Positions 12,013 through 24,462 of a stretch of DNA of 64,000 nt are shown here, one piece after another. The translations under genes and the position numbers were made by a program. The notes below the pieces were generated by a model. That model worked only from the letters and a program-made list of their open reading frames with translations, was not told the DNA's origin and ran no database searches. The DNA comes from Takakia lepidozioides (Eukaryota; Plantae; Bryophyta): positions 23,808,001-23,872,000 of the forward strand of contig CM060732.1 of NCBI GenBank assembly GCA_030704615.1, written 5' to 3'. Position 1 is the first letter of the stretch. The number at the start of each line of letters is the position of its first letter.

Positions 12013-12100
12013 TTTCATGGAATGTCTTTCATTGTTTGTGCATTTCTAATGCATGATTAGTTCTCTTGTATGGCATTACATGCGTATGTACTAGTTGACT

Positions 12101-12630
12101 CACTACAAACACCAAAACATCAAAGCATGAATTACTATGAATGATAGTTCAAGTAATTTCGAGCACTTCATTTAAAGTAGTAAAGCAGTGGTTGCGCCAA
12201 CTTCCGTAATCGCAATTGCCACTGGGCATGTAGCACTGCAAATTATGTGGTCTACTACCACGTGGCACCTCGGGCCCGTGGCCACGTGGCAGCAGTGCTG
12301 CTCGTCGTGGCGCCGCCACGTCGGTGTCCACATCGTCGTCCATGTCCGCGTCCATGTGTCACCGCGCTCCGGTGAGTCGGTCCACTCATCCGGAGGGAAA
12401 AGTCAAAGTCAGCCCAAAAGGTCAGACACACGGGCGGCTTGCCCGGTTACGCCACGTGGTTCTTCAGCATTAATCACATTAATCGTTGAGTAGTTGTTCG
12501 CGCATCTGCGTCTTTTACCACTCCAATCATTGGATGTCCAACCCAACTACCACGTCTGTTGTAACTAATCGTTTGTAACTTCAGTCGATCCCAGTTTTTT
12601 GACTTTTACGACTCAAAATGAGTCGTTACC
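12101..12630 (+). mobile_element. Possible short CACTA-derived fragment
   Basis: Starts CACTACAAAC and has a CCACGT-rich interior. ACTCAAAATGAGTCGTT at 12611 resembles ACTCAAAATGAGTGGTT at 6960 near the large element's end. No matching right TIR. Confidence 0.45.
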
Positions 12631-12639
12631 CCAATGGTA

Positions 12640-14386
12640 AATGACACGAATGCTTCTAGCTGTCTCTACCAATGTGAATGATTGAGGCAGCCTAGCCTGA
12701 CGGCTTGCCTCCCCACGCTGTGGATCTAACTCCACCTCTGCACCTTGTGGCTCATGAACTCGTGCTGCTGCTCGGGTCACAGCTGAAGCAGAATCCACCT
12801 GTACAAGTGGTCCTCCGAGTGCTGCCCCGCACATAAATCCCATGCCTCCCATGTCTCCTCTGTCAGGATAATGTTGCTGAGGAGGAGCAGGAGGTGGACC
12901 CTCAGGTCTTGGAGCTGGTATCACCTGAGCTGTGGCCATGGCAACAAGCCTCTGCTCTAGCTGCTGAAGCCGGTTGGCCATGCCTTGGTCAATGCCCTGA
13001 CCTCCACGACCTTGGCCATGCTGTGTTTGCCCTCGTCCTGCGTCTCGTGCCTGACCACCTCGTCCTCTCTGAGGTGCTCCACCTCGCCCTTGGCCGCCAT
13101 TGTTCCCTTGGAACTGGCCTCGCCGCAATTCAGGGTGCAAGTCATAACAATGGGCCTCTCCATGCCCATATTTGCCATAATGCCCACACTGCAACTATGC
13201 AGGCTCTGCTTGTGCTGGCCCTTTGCCACTCTCTGGGCAATCCTTCTTGACATGGGGTCCTCCACATGTCCAACACACCACCCCTAGTTGTTGTTGGCTT
13301 GCAAAAGAAGCTACTGGCCTCTGTACCTGAGGTCCCCTGTAAGCTCCATGAAATTGGGTTGGGGCAACCTTGCCCCCCTGACCACGCTGTTGGGCAGTCC
13401 TTTGTGCTTGTTGGCTGGTAGATGTGCCTCGTGCAGGCATGTCCTTGCCAAATCCAATGGTAATAACTCGCTCTTCCACCATGTTGAACTCAATCCACTC
13501 AGCCAGTAGAAACATATCTGCTAATATGGGTTGGGCCGCTTGTAACAGGGTTGCATCCGGCACCCTTCTCCTGAGCTCCTTGTCCAAAATGACTACCTGA
13601 GCTTAAGTAACCCCTTGGGTCACACTTATCAAGCGCCTCATACGAGTGTAAGCTTCTCGCAAGCTCTTACTGGATTTGCACTGGAAGTCTTGCAAACTTC
13701 GCAACTTCTCTGTCCGTACCCCTTGGTAGTTCCTCTGCAACTCCTGGAAGAACTCCACCACCGGGTTGAAGGCAAGCACAAGTGCTGGTGCTGCAGGAGG
13801 AGCTTGAATGGATTTCCCAGCTCTTATACCACTTGTCCCACTACTAATGCTTGTAGTTGGAGATGTTGGTGCTGATGCAGTTGCTGGTCGCGTAGTGCCT
13901 CGAGTAATGGAAACGTAGTCAGGTGACCAATACATCCTCCACTCCTCAATCTCTACCTCATGTCCTCGCTTGAACTCGTAGTAATTGTCCATAGGCGGCC
14001 CCTCAAGGTGCTGAAATAACCCTTCCATGCCATGAATGGCGTGAATAGCTGTGGATTGCGCATCTGCTGCAAATCACATCAGCTGTCGAACTCCTGGATA
14101 AAATCATCCAGCTCGATTGTGCCCACAACTCCAGAGTACCTGCGAGGCCCCTTGGTAGCTCCATGTCGTCCCACAACAATGGCGAAGGAAACTGCACACA
14201 TGTTGATGAAGCCTCCGAGTCTGTGTCAGACTCTGCACTAGATGAAGGTGGGGGTGAAGGTGGTCTAAACCGATCCCCTTGCCTCGTGAACCCACTAACA
14301 GTACTGGTGCTAGTGTTGGCCTGTCCTTCTGAACCCTCAGGCAACTCTGTGATGCCCGTTGTTATCCAAACCTGTCCACGTGACAC
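12640..14386 (-). pseudogene. LTR-retrotransposon gag remnant with two zinc knuckles (probably Ty3/Gypsy-like)
   Basis: ORFs 13603-14028, 13195-13587 and 12613-13194 are one frame split by two stops. Features: capsid-like LRSLQDFQCKSSKSLREAYTRMRRL, knuckles CWTCGGPHVKKDC and CGHYGKYGHGEAHC (second Cys mutated), then an RGG-rich tract. Confidence 0.85.
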
Positions 14387-14895
14387 TATAAGGCTCTATA
14401 ACTAGCTCTAACAGTGGCACGGGTGGGCACCTGTTATACGGCTTAAAAGGTCATGTCCCAATGGCTAAGGGCACTTGCACCTGCATCCACCACAAGAACT
14501 CCTATGATTGGCTGGTCATCAATCCAGCCTCACCATAGAAGAAACACTGGTGGTCTTGCTGGTCATCACTCCAGCCTCACCACCGACAACATACTCTAGG
14601 ATTGACCGGCGATCAAATCTGGCCTAATCCCTATGAAAGCAAGTGCCCACACAAAACCAACATGGCGCACAGTCAAGCATGCAGGTGTGGGGGGATCCAA
14701 ACACAAGAAATCAAAACATCAACACCCCCACACCAAAATCCCTCTGCAGTGCTGCTCCTGCAGAATACCCCGGCCCAAAAACCCCGGACTGACTAGCCTC
14801 CACCAAGAGAGGCTTTGGCAACTACAACTACAAAATAATGAAAATAGTAAAGAGAGGGAGGGGAAGAATAGAGGCCCAACCAAGCAAGTTCTAAT

Positions 14896-15646
14896 CCTGA
14901 TCTATGCTATCAACTGTCAGACTTCTCTCAAAGTGCCTCGCTCTGCATAATGGTAAGGTGTGGGAGAAATATCTATGTCCAGAAACCTGCCACTAACCTT
15001 ATCCCAATCTACAGTAGCTCGCTCTAACCAACCCTCCTCCTCTCTCTGCCAAGTAGAGACAAAGCAATACTCCCCTATCTCCCACTCACTGAATACTAAA
15101 GAAAATAAAGGTAGGGTCTGACGGTCTCTCAACTCGAAAGCTTTGAGACGGTTGCGGGTGTCCTCGTTGCGAGTGTCCTCGTTGCGAATGACTGCATCTC
15201 CTTCAAGTAGAACAAACTATTCGTTACTAATGAACCCCCGCTTGTGGTTGCCTCGTGCAGAGCGTGTCCGGCTGCAACCACGTCTGATTGCAAAAACTTG
15301 TGCAGCTCCTGCTCCTCTGCTCCAGTAAACCACGGCCTTATGGTTGAACACCTTGGTCCCCGGGGCTGTCTTTGGCTGTGTTCCAAGCCTAGATTCCACC
15401 TACTTTGGTATTTCACCTATAGCTGCAGAACAGAGGAATACACCCGAGCTACAAGATGCTTGGTCGCTCTTAGACCCTGTGCAGCCAGGAACATTTAAGG
15501 GCGAGTTTTGTTGTATGAAGCTTACACAGTACTCTAGTAGGCCAACATAAGGAGCTATTAATGGCGCGGCCCTCGCCAGTCACGGCACAACAGGCTGTAG
15601 TGGTGCAATTGTTTCTAGCATGGCTGTCGGTTGGAACGTCGTGACA
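14896..15646 (-). mobile_element. Putative 5' LTR (14915-15646) and degenerate tRNA-iMet primer-binding site
   Basis: The minus strand starts TGTCACGACG at 15646 and ends TCTGACA at 14915. The adjacent plus-strand TATGCTATCAAC-TGTCA resembles canonical TCTGATACCAAC-TGTCA (7/10 in the core). It lies immediately upstream of gag. No second LTR is in the window. Confidence 0.55.
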
Positions 15647-18271
15647 GGCCTGGCTAGTGCAGCAACGGCCTCACCAGTGCTAGGGAACAACATATGATGG
15701 TTTTGAAATCGAATGATGCTATATGGACCAGTTCAGTTTGTTTGACAAGAAGATCACGAAGAGGACTGGCGATTTGTTTGACGGATTCCTTGAATGACGA
15801 GACGAGGTAGTTGCTGTCAAGTTCGAAGACACTTGGCTATATACTCTACAGAGTCGTTTGGTTAAATGTGAAGAGACAAATTGGCACACAAAAATGGGCG
15901 ATGGGCACTTCAATGATCGAATAACCCAGTCCTGGTAATTCGTAGAACATCTATACAGCTACAGCTCTGTAATTGGTCTGCCCCATATTAGATAGCTGAT
16001 CATCCAGCAACATGACCATGCTTGCGGGAAGCTAGCACGATCGTGGTCACACGTTCCAAAGATGACCAGTAGGGAACTCAGCGAACTGGGAACCAGTATT
16101 TTGGGTGTAGTTTAAATTAAAAAACAATCCATTTCTGATCAAATTTAAATTATACAGAGCTTGTTTTTGCCATAACTTGGTCATACAGAGGCTGTTTGAC
16201 CTCAAATTTGCGTAGGGACCTGCAGATTGTGGAAATCTACATATTCAGGTTTTAGTTTTTGGACTCTGCTAAAAATCTATGGAATTTTTTTAGTGTGAGT
16301 GTGTGGATGCTATGAAAGATCCACAACTCTGTTTCTAGAACCTGTTGTGGTCTACATGAGAGACAAGTCTGTGGATGTCTTCCCTGTATGGCTGGGGGCA
16401 ATGAGGACGTGACTGAAGGGCAGGTCTCTTCCCTTAGACTGTGCACACAAGGAGACAAGATTTATGTTTCTCAAGGAACTCAGACTGATTTGAGTGGAGA
16501 GCAGTTAGACGAGTTGATTGCATACTGGGAGTCAGGCATTAGCAATAGACAGCAAACTGCTGTAGTTGGCGTTGAGGGCCTCAATATTGCTTTGGACAGA
16601 CAGAACTCTGTTGGAGCAAGCAGTTAGCTACCTTGCAGGCTCCACGACTGTATTATGTGGCTGCTTCAACACCGCCCAACCCCTCTTTGTGCCTGCACTG
16701 TCTCACCAGGTTGCAGCAACCGCTAGCCCCTGTTGCAAGACTTCATTGCCCAATATGCTACTGGGAGGCTAACTACGGGCTGATCACCAGACTCTTTTTC
16801 TTGTGCACATAAACATGCTAGGCTTCAGATTCTGACAACCTGCACGCCACAACTTCAGCCTTTTGCCTCTCATGAGCTGATCGCTCTATAGGGTTTTTAA
16901 TACTGTCAACTTCCAATTCGTGAACTGATCGATAACCAACCTTGCATCATCCCCGCAAGCCATAGTGCTTTGGTGATAGATCGAGCTAATTTCTTGCAGT
17001 CAAATAATCAACATGTAATGATCACCCCAAGCAATGAAGCGTTGACAAGCAGCAAAATTCCTGATTTCAACATGAACCATAGTTTGCTGGTCCATAATAT
17101 TTGTTGGTCAAAATTATCGGACAAGGCATGAACCAAATGATCTAGACCTGCCATCAATATTAGAGCCCCTGCATCGAAAGGTCTTATCGATCAACAAGCC
17201 CTAGAGGGTCAAGCTCTAGACATGGCTTAACAACCGTCCCACAAGCATTAACCGACTTCTGAACTTGTAAGCTGCATGTGATTTCGAGTTTGGGACGTTT
17301 CATGGGCTACAGGGCTAACGGCTGCAGCAACATATATGGCAGTTCACTTAACCTTGCATAGCCCCTTCAACTCGTCTTCAACCGTCTCGGCACATGAACA
17401 TCAACATTGAGCACATGTTCAGTGACCAACAGTATTGACCTTCAATCTAGCCTCTTCCTGTGTTTCATTACTGATGACAAATGTGTCCGGCCATCTTATC
17501 AGAACATGGTACTCACATTTATGACACAAACAACACTCCACCAGCTTTCTCACGGTCCACTTTGAACAAGCCGCTTTGCTCTTTCACCAACTTGCAAGCA
17601 ACAACCTGCCGAGCTGTTTGTCCGCACATCTGTCTACTCCGGCTTTGTATATCCTGCGTAGAGCCTACGAGGCTGTCCAAGCCTCCATCTCGCCTCTTAT
17701 TTGTGCCTCCCGTGCACGCCATCGTACCAGACTGCGAACGAAACTAGCAACAATGACTTCTACCCTAACCACTCATTAGGAGTCGTGCTTTCCCTACTTC
17801 AAATACCATCGACATAGTGTTAACATAAAAGAAATCTATCTAGCTTAGCACTACAAAAAACTAGATAGATCATCTCTCTCGAGTGATTGAAAACTAAACT
17901 CACACTGTCCAATGACATAGAAACACGAAATACAACACAATCACTCGTTAAAATAAGAGTCGAGCCAGGGGCACCCCAAGCTATGGGGACTCCACCCCAC
18001 AACATCCTACTCTCCCTCCATAAGTACACTCAGATGCTAAGCAGCGAGGAAGCTCGGTCGTGCAGGCTCAACTCGAGAGTGTTTATTTAACTTGACAGTG
18101 TAGATCCTTGATGGACATTCGTCAACCACGTCAATACATATATACGTACATATATACACACACACACATATACAACGTTAGCCGGAGCTACCGTAAATAA
18201 AAGCCCTTCCCCAGTGGGGACTGTCTCCTTTCTCGGTGGCTTTAAAGGAGGAATGTATCTGTAATGTGACA
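15647..18271 (-). mobile_element. Possible older LTR-element remnant
   Basis: PBS-like CTTCAAATACCA at ~17797-17808 next to an LTR-like segment ending GTGACA at 18271. The internal region shows no recognisable domain. Confidence 0.3.
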
Positions 18272-19535
18272 AGTTGGCCACTTTCAATTTTGTGCTTGTT
18301 AAGGATGATAGGTATAAGTGATCCGATAGCGATAGCAACAACAATAAAGTAGAGGGTTTGGAGAAATTTAGAGGTGGTCGTACAAGATGATTTTAGGGTT
18401 GATGTATGGTAACAATGTAGTGGCTAGGAGCCATGACAACATATGTATTCGTTCAAGAGATTCATAATAACATTCTTTTCAAATGATATGGATTTAAGTT
18501 GGACATTATGCAGCTGGCTTCTTGGTTTGATTTTTATGCCCAACTTAACAATCCCACTCACATCAGATTTGGTGATGGTCCAATAATACAAAAGCTATGA
18601 ATCCCAAGCCCAGGCTGGCCACCTCACTGGTCCGTTCGCTAAACAAAAACACATTTTCAACAATCCTATGCCAAAAACTTACCATTGGCTCAAAAACATC
18701 TACGGTGGTCTTTTTCTTCTTGGATTCTTGTTCCCATCTCTGGGATGTATGCTTTAGTTTGGATTTGTAGGCTGGCTTTGGCTTGTCGTTTGAGGTTCGT
18801 GAGCTTGCTCTTGCATCTTGTTGTCTAGTTATTTTGGTATTTTTGCGATCTCTTGCTCCCATCTCTAAAGAGGATGTTTATGGTTTCATTTAGACGAGCT
18901 TTGGCCTATTGCTTAAGGGTTTTGTGAGTTAAGGGTGTATGCCTTATGGTTGTTAGTTTTTTTTCTCTCCCAATTTTAAATAGGAGTAGCAGTGACAGCC
19001 TCCTTTCATCCAAGAAAAAACAAGAAAGAAAAATAACAAGCATCTAATTGCGTCTCCTCCTTGTGAATAGTGGAACCTACTTTCATCCATAACAAACTCA
19101 AAAACTCATCCATTTGTTTTCATAGTTGTTCAATAACCTGAGGGGGGTACTACCTGGAGAAGGTACCAGCAAAGGAGCGGAGGCGACACGTGGGAAGGCC
19201 TCACAACGGGCTTAGTGATTCTTGACACTGATGCCTAGTCCTCTTTAGAATAAAGAAGAGCCAATAAATAAATAAAAATGATGAATACTAAATGGTTGCA
19301 TCATCAAATAAAATCAAAGCATTTAAAAATGGACATGATGTCATATTTTTCATTCTCTTTCACTTTGTCATGTAATATCATCCAACACTTTTCACATGAA
19401 CTGCTTGCAATACGACAACGATACTCGTATTGTATGCATCCAATAACATTTTCTTAAAACATTTTGTATACAGCTATATAAAAAGAATTAGGGTAGTTGG
19501 ATCAACCAAACACCTAATGTGACATGGGTGTATGT

Positions 19536-19820
19536 CAGTGTTTTTGTTTCTGGCGAAAAATCGCCAAATTTCGACTGGAAACTACGTCAGCTACTTGTAC
19601 AAAGGAATTATGGGGGGTAAAATCTGACTTTTTCGCCAAAAAGCAGCAGCAGATAAATTTCGGGGGCCTAATCTTGCCGACGTGGACTAGTTAAAACGTG
19701 ACACCTGGAATATAGCCACTTTTCTAACTATGCTACCTCGATATTCTCGCCACATGGGCACTGGGTAGAATTCACAGGTGGCCCCGCCAGCGATTTTAAA
19801 ACTATGAAAAAAACCCACTG
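19536..19820. mobile_element. 285-bp hAT-type MITE with perfect 8-bp target-site duplication
   Basis: Termini CAGTGTTTTT / AAAAACCCACTG, flanked by GTGTATGT on both sides (19528-19535 and 19821-19828). Confidence 0.9.
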
Positions 19821-20512
19821 GTGTATGTGTGCTTAATTTGAATCCTTGGGGGAAAGGTTTGGGCAGCCGGGTTGCCCTGGTTACGGGCAGTTACAAGGTG
19901 TTCACCAAACAGAATGCAATAGTCATTCAACACCATAAGTTACGCTTGCTTCGGCGAGAGTCAACCAGTTTCTTCAAAGCTATTTGTACGAATGGCAGAC
20001 CTCTTGTATTTTTCTTACGGAATCTCATGTAAAGAAGTCATGAACCTCTCATCTTGTCGTGTGTATGTGCTGACCAAAAAAATACTTGAAAGTGTTTCAA
20101 ACCCAGAGTATTGATCATTTGCTTTTGCTCAAGTAACAATGATTTTTGGAATTTTGCAATTTTTCTTACATGAGCACATTTTTGTTTCGATAAGATAATC
20201 TTTTGGATATTCAAGTTAAAATATAGATAATGCCAATTTGCTCGCTCACATGCTACCCAACCATTCTATGGCAGTGTTGCCTGATGTTTGAAGGGCGGCC
20301 CAGCCTTTCAAAGGGCACGACATGACAGTTTGTCCTAATTCAGGGTGAACTTGATGGATGCCATGTAAACATGGTATTTATTTCAAGGGCCTCCCTCCCC
20401 TTTCGCAAAAAAAAATTGGTATTTAATTGAAGGGCTATCGCTAGAAGTGCCCTTAAAGAGCCTCAAGGCTATATAGGTACATTCAGACTCATAAGTAGCG
20501 TCCAGATGTGTT

Positions 20513-21133
20513 TCTCATTGTTGAATAATTGGGAGTTTAAGGCTCACGTGTGCGCCAGGCAGCGGGCCCCACGCACGGACGTGGGGCGCCCTTGGGTGGC
20601 CCCGCCGCGACCCATGACCCGACCGGGGTGGGTTCTGTATGGTCTGCCGCTAGGTAGGGCCCACAGGCCTTCACCCTAGGCGAGCCGAGTTTGGGCTGAC
20701 TGCGGCTGTTTTCTAGGTTAAGAGAAAAAAAAAATGTTGGGGTATCAGCAAGCAGCGGGTAGTGTGGTGGTTGGGTGCATTGAGTGGTATCTATGAGATT
20801 GTGGGTTCGAATTTGGATGTTCCAAATGTGTATTAAAGATGGTTCTGGCTGGCGTTGCATGTGTACCCTTCTTCTTGATGGGTGAGTTTTCCCGCAAAAA
20901 TTTCTAAGTCCTGCGGGCTGCGGCGCGACGAGCAGACCATTCAGTTGGACCCAAGACCTGCGTGGAGACCCGATTTGCAAGCAGTGAGCGGACCCGACCC
21001 GACTTGCCAACAGACCCAACCTGCGAGCAGACCCGGACCCTCCGAATGGTCGCGGGGGCGCCCCACTTCCGTGCATGGGCCCACTGCCTGGCGCACACGT
21101 GCGCCTTAAATTCCCAATTATTCAAAAATGAGA
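20513..21133. mobile_element. ~620-bp MITE / foldback element with ~80-bp terminal inverted repeats
   Basis: Left arm TCTCATTGTTGAATAATTGGGAGTTTAAGGCTCACGTGTGCGCCAGGCAG..GTGGGGCGCCC pairs with right arm GGGCGCCCCAC..CTGCCTGGCGCACACGTGCGCCTTAAATTCCCAATTATTCAAAAATGAGA. No TSD recognised. Confidence 0.88.
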
Positions 21134-21326
21134 GGCTCCAAATGTCTACCAACTTAAGAGTGAATATTTTCATGGCAAATAAATTTCTTTGACCTTCTTA
21201 TATTCGAGTTATACTTATACATGAAACTTATTCTATTTTCGTTCACACATATGCATATGTTAACAAATAATTTTATCTATTTATATTCTCTCTTACCTCT
21301 GTTCATAACATACCACGTGTATTTAC

Positions 21327-22266
21327 CAGTGTTGTGCGGGTTCTGCCTTTTTAAGGAACCCGCCGGGTCCGGGTGCGGGTTTTTTTCGGAGCCAAGTCCG
21401 GGTCTGGATCCGGGTTTTCGAAATTTGGAAAATCCGGGTCCGGGTTGGGGTCCGGGTTTGTCAACACGGACTCGGGTTAGGGTCCGGGTAGTTGTTGGGA
21501 AATATTAGCGAGTTCACGGGTTCGGATCGGGTCCCTAATTTATTGATTAAATAAATTAGAAAATTAAGATTAATTAGGGATAAATTTATTTTTGGCTGGA
21601 AAAAACTTTAAATCCTAAGAATGAATTTTATTTTAAGAGACATTCCTTCAAAATATACCATGAATATGAATATGTATACCATGAATAAGAATTAAAGTAG
21701 AAGTTTGAGTTCCATTTTCTATTTTTCAATATCAATTCTTTAAACATGTTAAAAATAGTAATATGCCTCAAGGGTAGATCACTATAGCATGGATCTCTGG
21801 GATCTGGCATAATAATAATATATGATGTCTCCTTTGGAAGGTGTAAATTATGGTCCCAGAGGGCACAACTTTGTGACACCACTCCGGGGATTGAACCCAC
21901 AACCGCTTTTGAGGTGGTATGTGGGCATTACCATGGGCTACAACGTGGTGGGGCTGGCTGCTGCGGCCTATTGCTGCTCATCACCTCCACAAATATGACA
22001 AAACCTACCAGATCTAAGGTGGATCCGGTATGCCCCATCTAAATTTAAGACCCGGACCCTGACCTGTTGCATTGGCCCACGGGTAGCGGGTTTAACGGGT
22101 TCTGGACCCAGCAAGCGGGCCCGGGTCCGGTTCCGGGTTCATTTTAGAAATGAACCCGGGTTAGGGTCTGGGTTTTTTGTGATAGCACGGGTCTGGGTGC
22201 GGGTGCGGGTAACCCGGATCCTAACCCGCCGGGTACCCGCCTTCAAAACCCAGACCCACACAACCT
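21327..22266. mobile_element. Non-autonomous hAT-like element with CCGGGT/ACCCGG subterminal repeats
   Basis: Begins CAGTGTTGTGCGGGT and ends ACCCACACAAC (degenerate TIR). GC-rich repetitive arms surround an AT-rich core. Confidence 0.75.
21876..21945 (-). repeat. tRNA-derived SINE-like head
   Basis: The minus strand has A-box-like TAGCCCATGGTA and B-box GGTTCAATCCC at tRNA-like spacing; no full cloverleaf. Confidence 0.45.
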
Positions 22267-24235
22267 AATTGCTATGGATGACATAAACTGCCTCCATCGT
22301 CATCCTGTAGCATCGCTATCCTTTGCGTCGTTTGCAGCATCGCTCTTCTTTGCAGCACAAGTCTGCACTTGCAGAATCACTTTCATTGCAGCATCAGATC
22401 GTAATGCGGCCCCTCAAAACTGTATCAACTGTATTCGACCTGGTATCAATTGTATTTTTCAACCAAATATATTCCCTGTGCTTCGCGCTGATGAGTGCCA
22501 TGATCTCGGCATACTCCCAGTTTGGTTGTCTTGCTCGTTTTTCTTTCCCTTTCCCTTTGTTTGCTTTTCCAGCACCGCCAATATCATCTTAATTTTGCAC
22601 AGGTGAACCCATACCTGCAATCACAAGAGCTAAACACATCAGTGATCAGAATGAAAATGAATATTTAGACATCAAAATCTAGAATTTACAACCACTTGTC
22701 CATATACCACCTAGCACCTCTAGATTATAGGTTTGTATGCCTTTTTAGTAAAAGAAGACACCTCAAAAACCCAAAACATAAGATGTTATGGACTAGAGCA
22801 AATCAACCTGCAAAATAGTCCATAGCTCTCAATTCCTAAGATAATTAGTCCACATAAAAGTGGATTTGGGTTGGATTTAAAAATGGCACCCCTAGTGTGT
22901 TTTCCTTTGTGTCATTGTATGAGTGTACATGATGTTTTTTCAGTCCATAAGATTTTATGTGTAACATCTGCACTCCACAGTAATCAACTTTAAAAGTCCA
23001 TGGCTCTCTGGTACTTGATTGTTTTTGCAATCTAACAATTGGTACACATACAGGTCTATTGTAGTTAGAAACCCTACACCATATAAATTTAGATGAAATA
23101 TTGAGTTGTTGAAAAAATATGAGTAAAACCATGTATGGAGGTCACTGCAAAAACTGCCAGCAGCTGGCTCGAGTCAAGCTGAAGTCCAAAAATATTCTTG
23201 GAATATTTGTTGGAGTATCCCACTAATAGTAGCAAAAAAATATCCGAAGAATATCCGAATATACCAAGGATATCCTATAAACATTCCAAGAATATCCCAA
23301 AAATATACAAATATACCTAGAATACATTAGAAATATTCGACACATGCAGCCTCATGTTTACACATAAGAATATGAACAAATGAAAGACAACAGTACATTT
23401 GAAACATCTTTCCACACCATAGTGAAACGGATTAACTTCGTCTCACCAAATGGATTGTTGTCGTATCGACCTACCATGCCTGAAACTCTAGCTCTGCACC
23501 GTCAAAAAACCCAGTATGCAACTTTCTCACACGGCGACATGCGAGGATCCCAATGGAGATGAAGACTAGGGTTGAAGGTCGACAGGTGGGTTTGATATTG
23601 GTCGTATCTTATTCATTCAAATTTCAACCTAATAAGTTATTTATTTCTTACTGCGATTAATGGAAGGATGATTTTCATCTAAGTGTGATTTTTCTCATCA
23701 TTTTCTTGTCCCGCCATCGCGTGTCTATGCTACAGCGGAAGTTGGAGCTTCTCTCATCGTGTGCTTCTTCCTTAATACCAGTCGTGTGTATTGCTTCATT
23801 CTCCGCTAGAGATTGCACCAGCAGGTACAGTAACGACATTGAATGAGTATGCTTTTCATGTTGAAAATTGGTTGAGTTTGCAAATCAGTTGAAATTTTTC
23901 AAACATTGATCTTGCAAATAAATAGCAATATCAGTGGCTTAACTTTGTGCATAACTTTCTGCCATGTCACCTGCCACGACGACATCCAGTCAACAGTCAA
24001 CTTACTGACATGGACACATGTGAACAAAGATAGACCCGGTGGTACTTTATCCCCCAACTTAATCGTCAGTATGAACGTACCTTATGTGTACGCCACGATT
24101 GCTTCCTGAAGATGGAAAGTGAATAAAAACATAATTTATACTGCTTCCTGCTGTTTTTATAATAATATTCATCATCATAAAAATAAGCAATAATGATGCG
24201 CCATACTGGTGATGAGATTCATGATAGTTGTATTT

Positions 24236-24462
24236 ATGGGAATAGGGATAGAACTATGTATCCATTCCATTACACCTCATACCTCATACCTTATCAATGG
24301 AATAGGGATAGAACTATGTATCCATTCCATTACACCTCATACCTCATACCTTATCAATGGAATAGGGATAGAACTATGTATCCATTCCATTACACCTCAT
24401 ACCTTATCAATGGAATAGGGATAGAACTATGTATCCGTTCCATTATACCTCATACCTTATCA
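24236..24462. repeat. Minisatellite, four units of about 60/60/53/53 bp
   Basis: Near-identical copies of ATGGAATAGGGATAGAACTATGTATCCATTCCATTACACCTCATA(CCTCATA)CCTTATCA. Confidence 0.97.

Noticed and set aside
12085-12100. CTAG as the Helitron 3' end of the gene-fragment mosaic
   Set aside because: No GC-rich hairpin precedes it, so the terminus is unsupported.
24236-24462. CRISPR-like array of hairpin repeats
   Set aside because: The intervening sequences are identical rather than unique spacers, there are no cas genes, and the context is eukaryotic.
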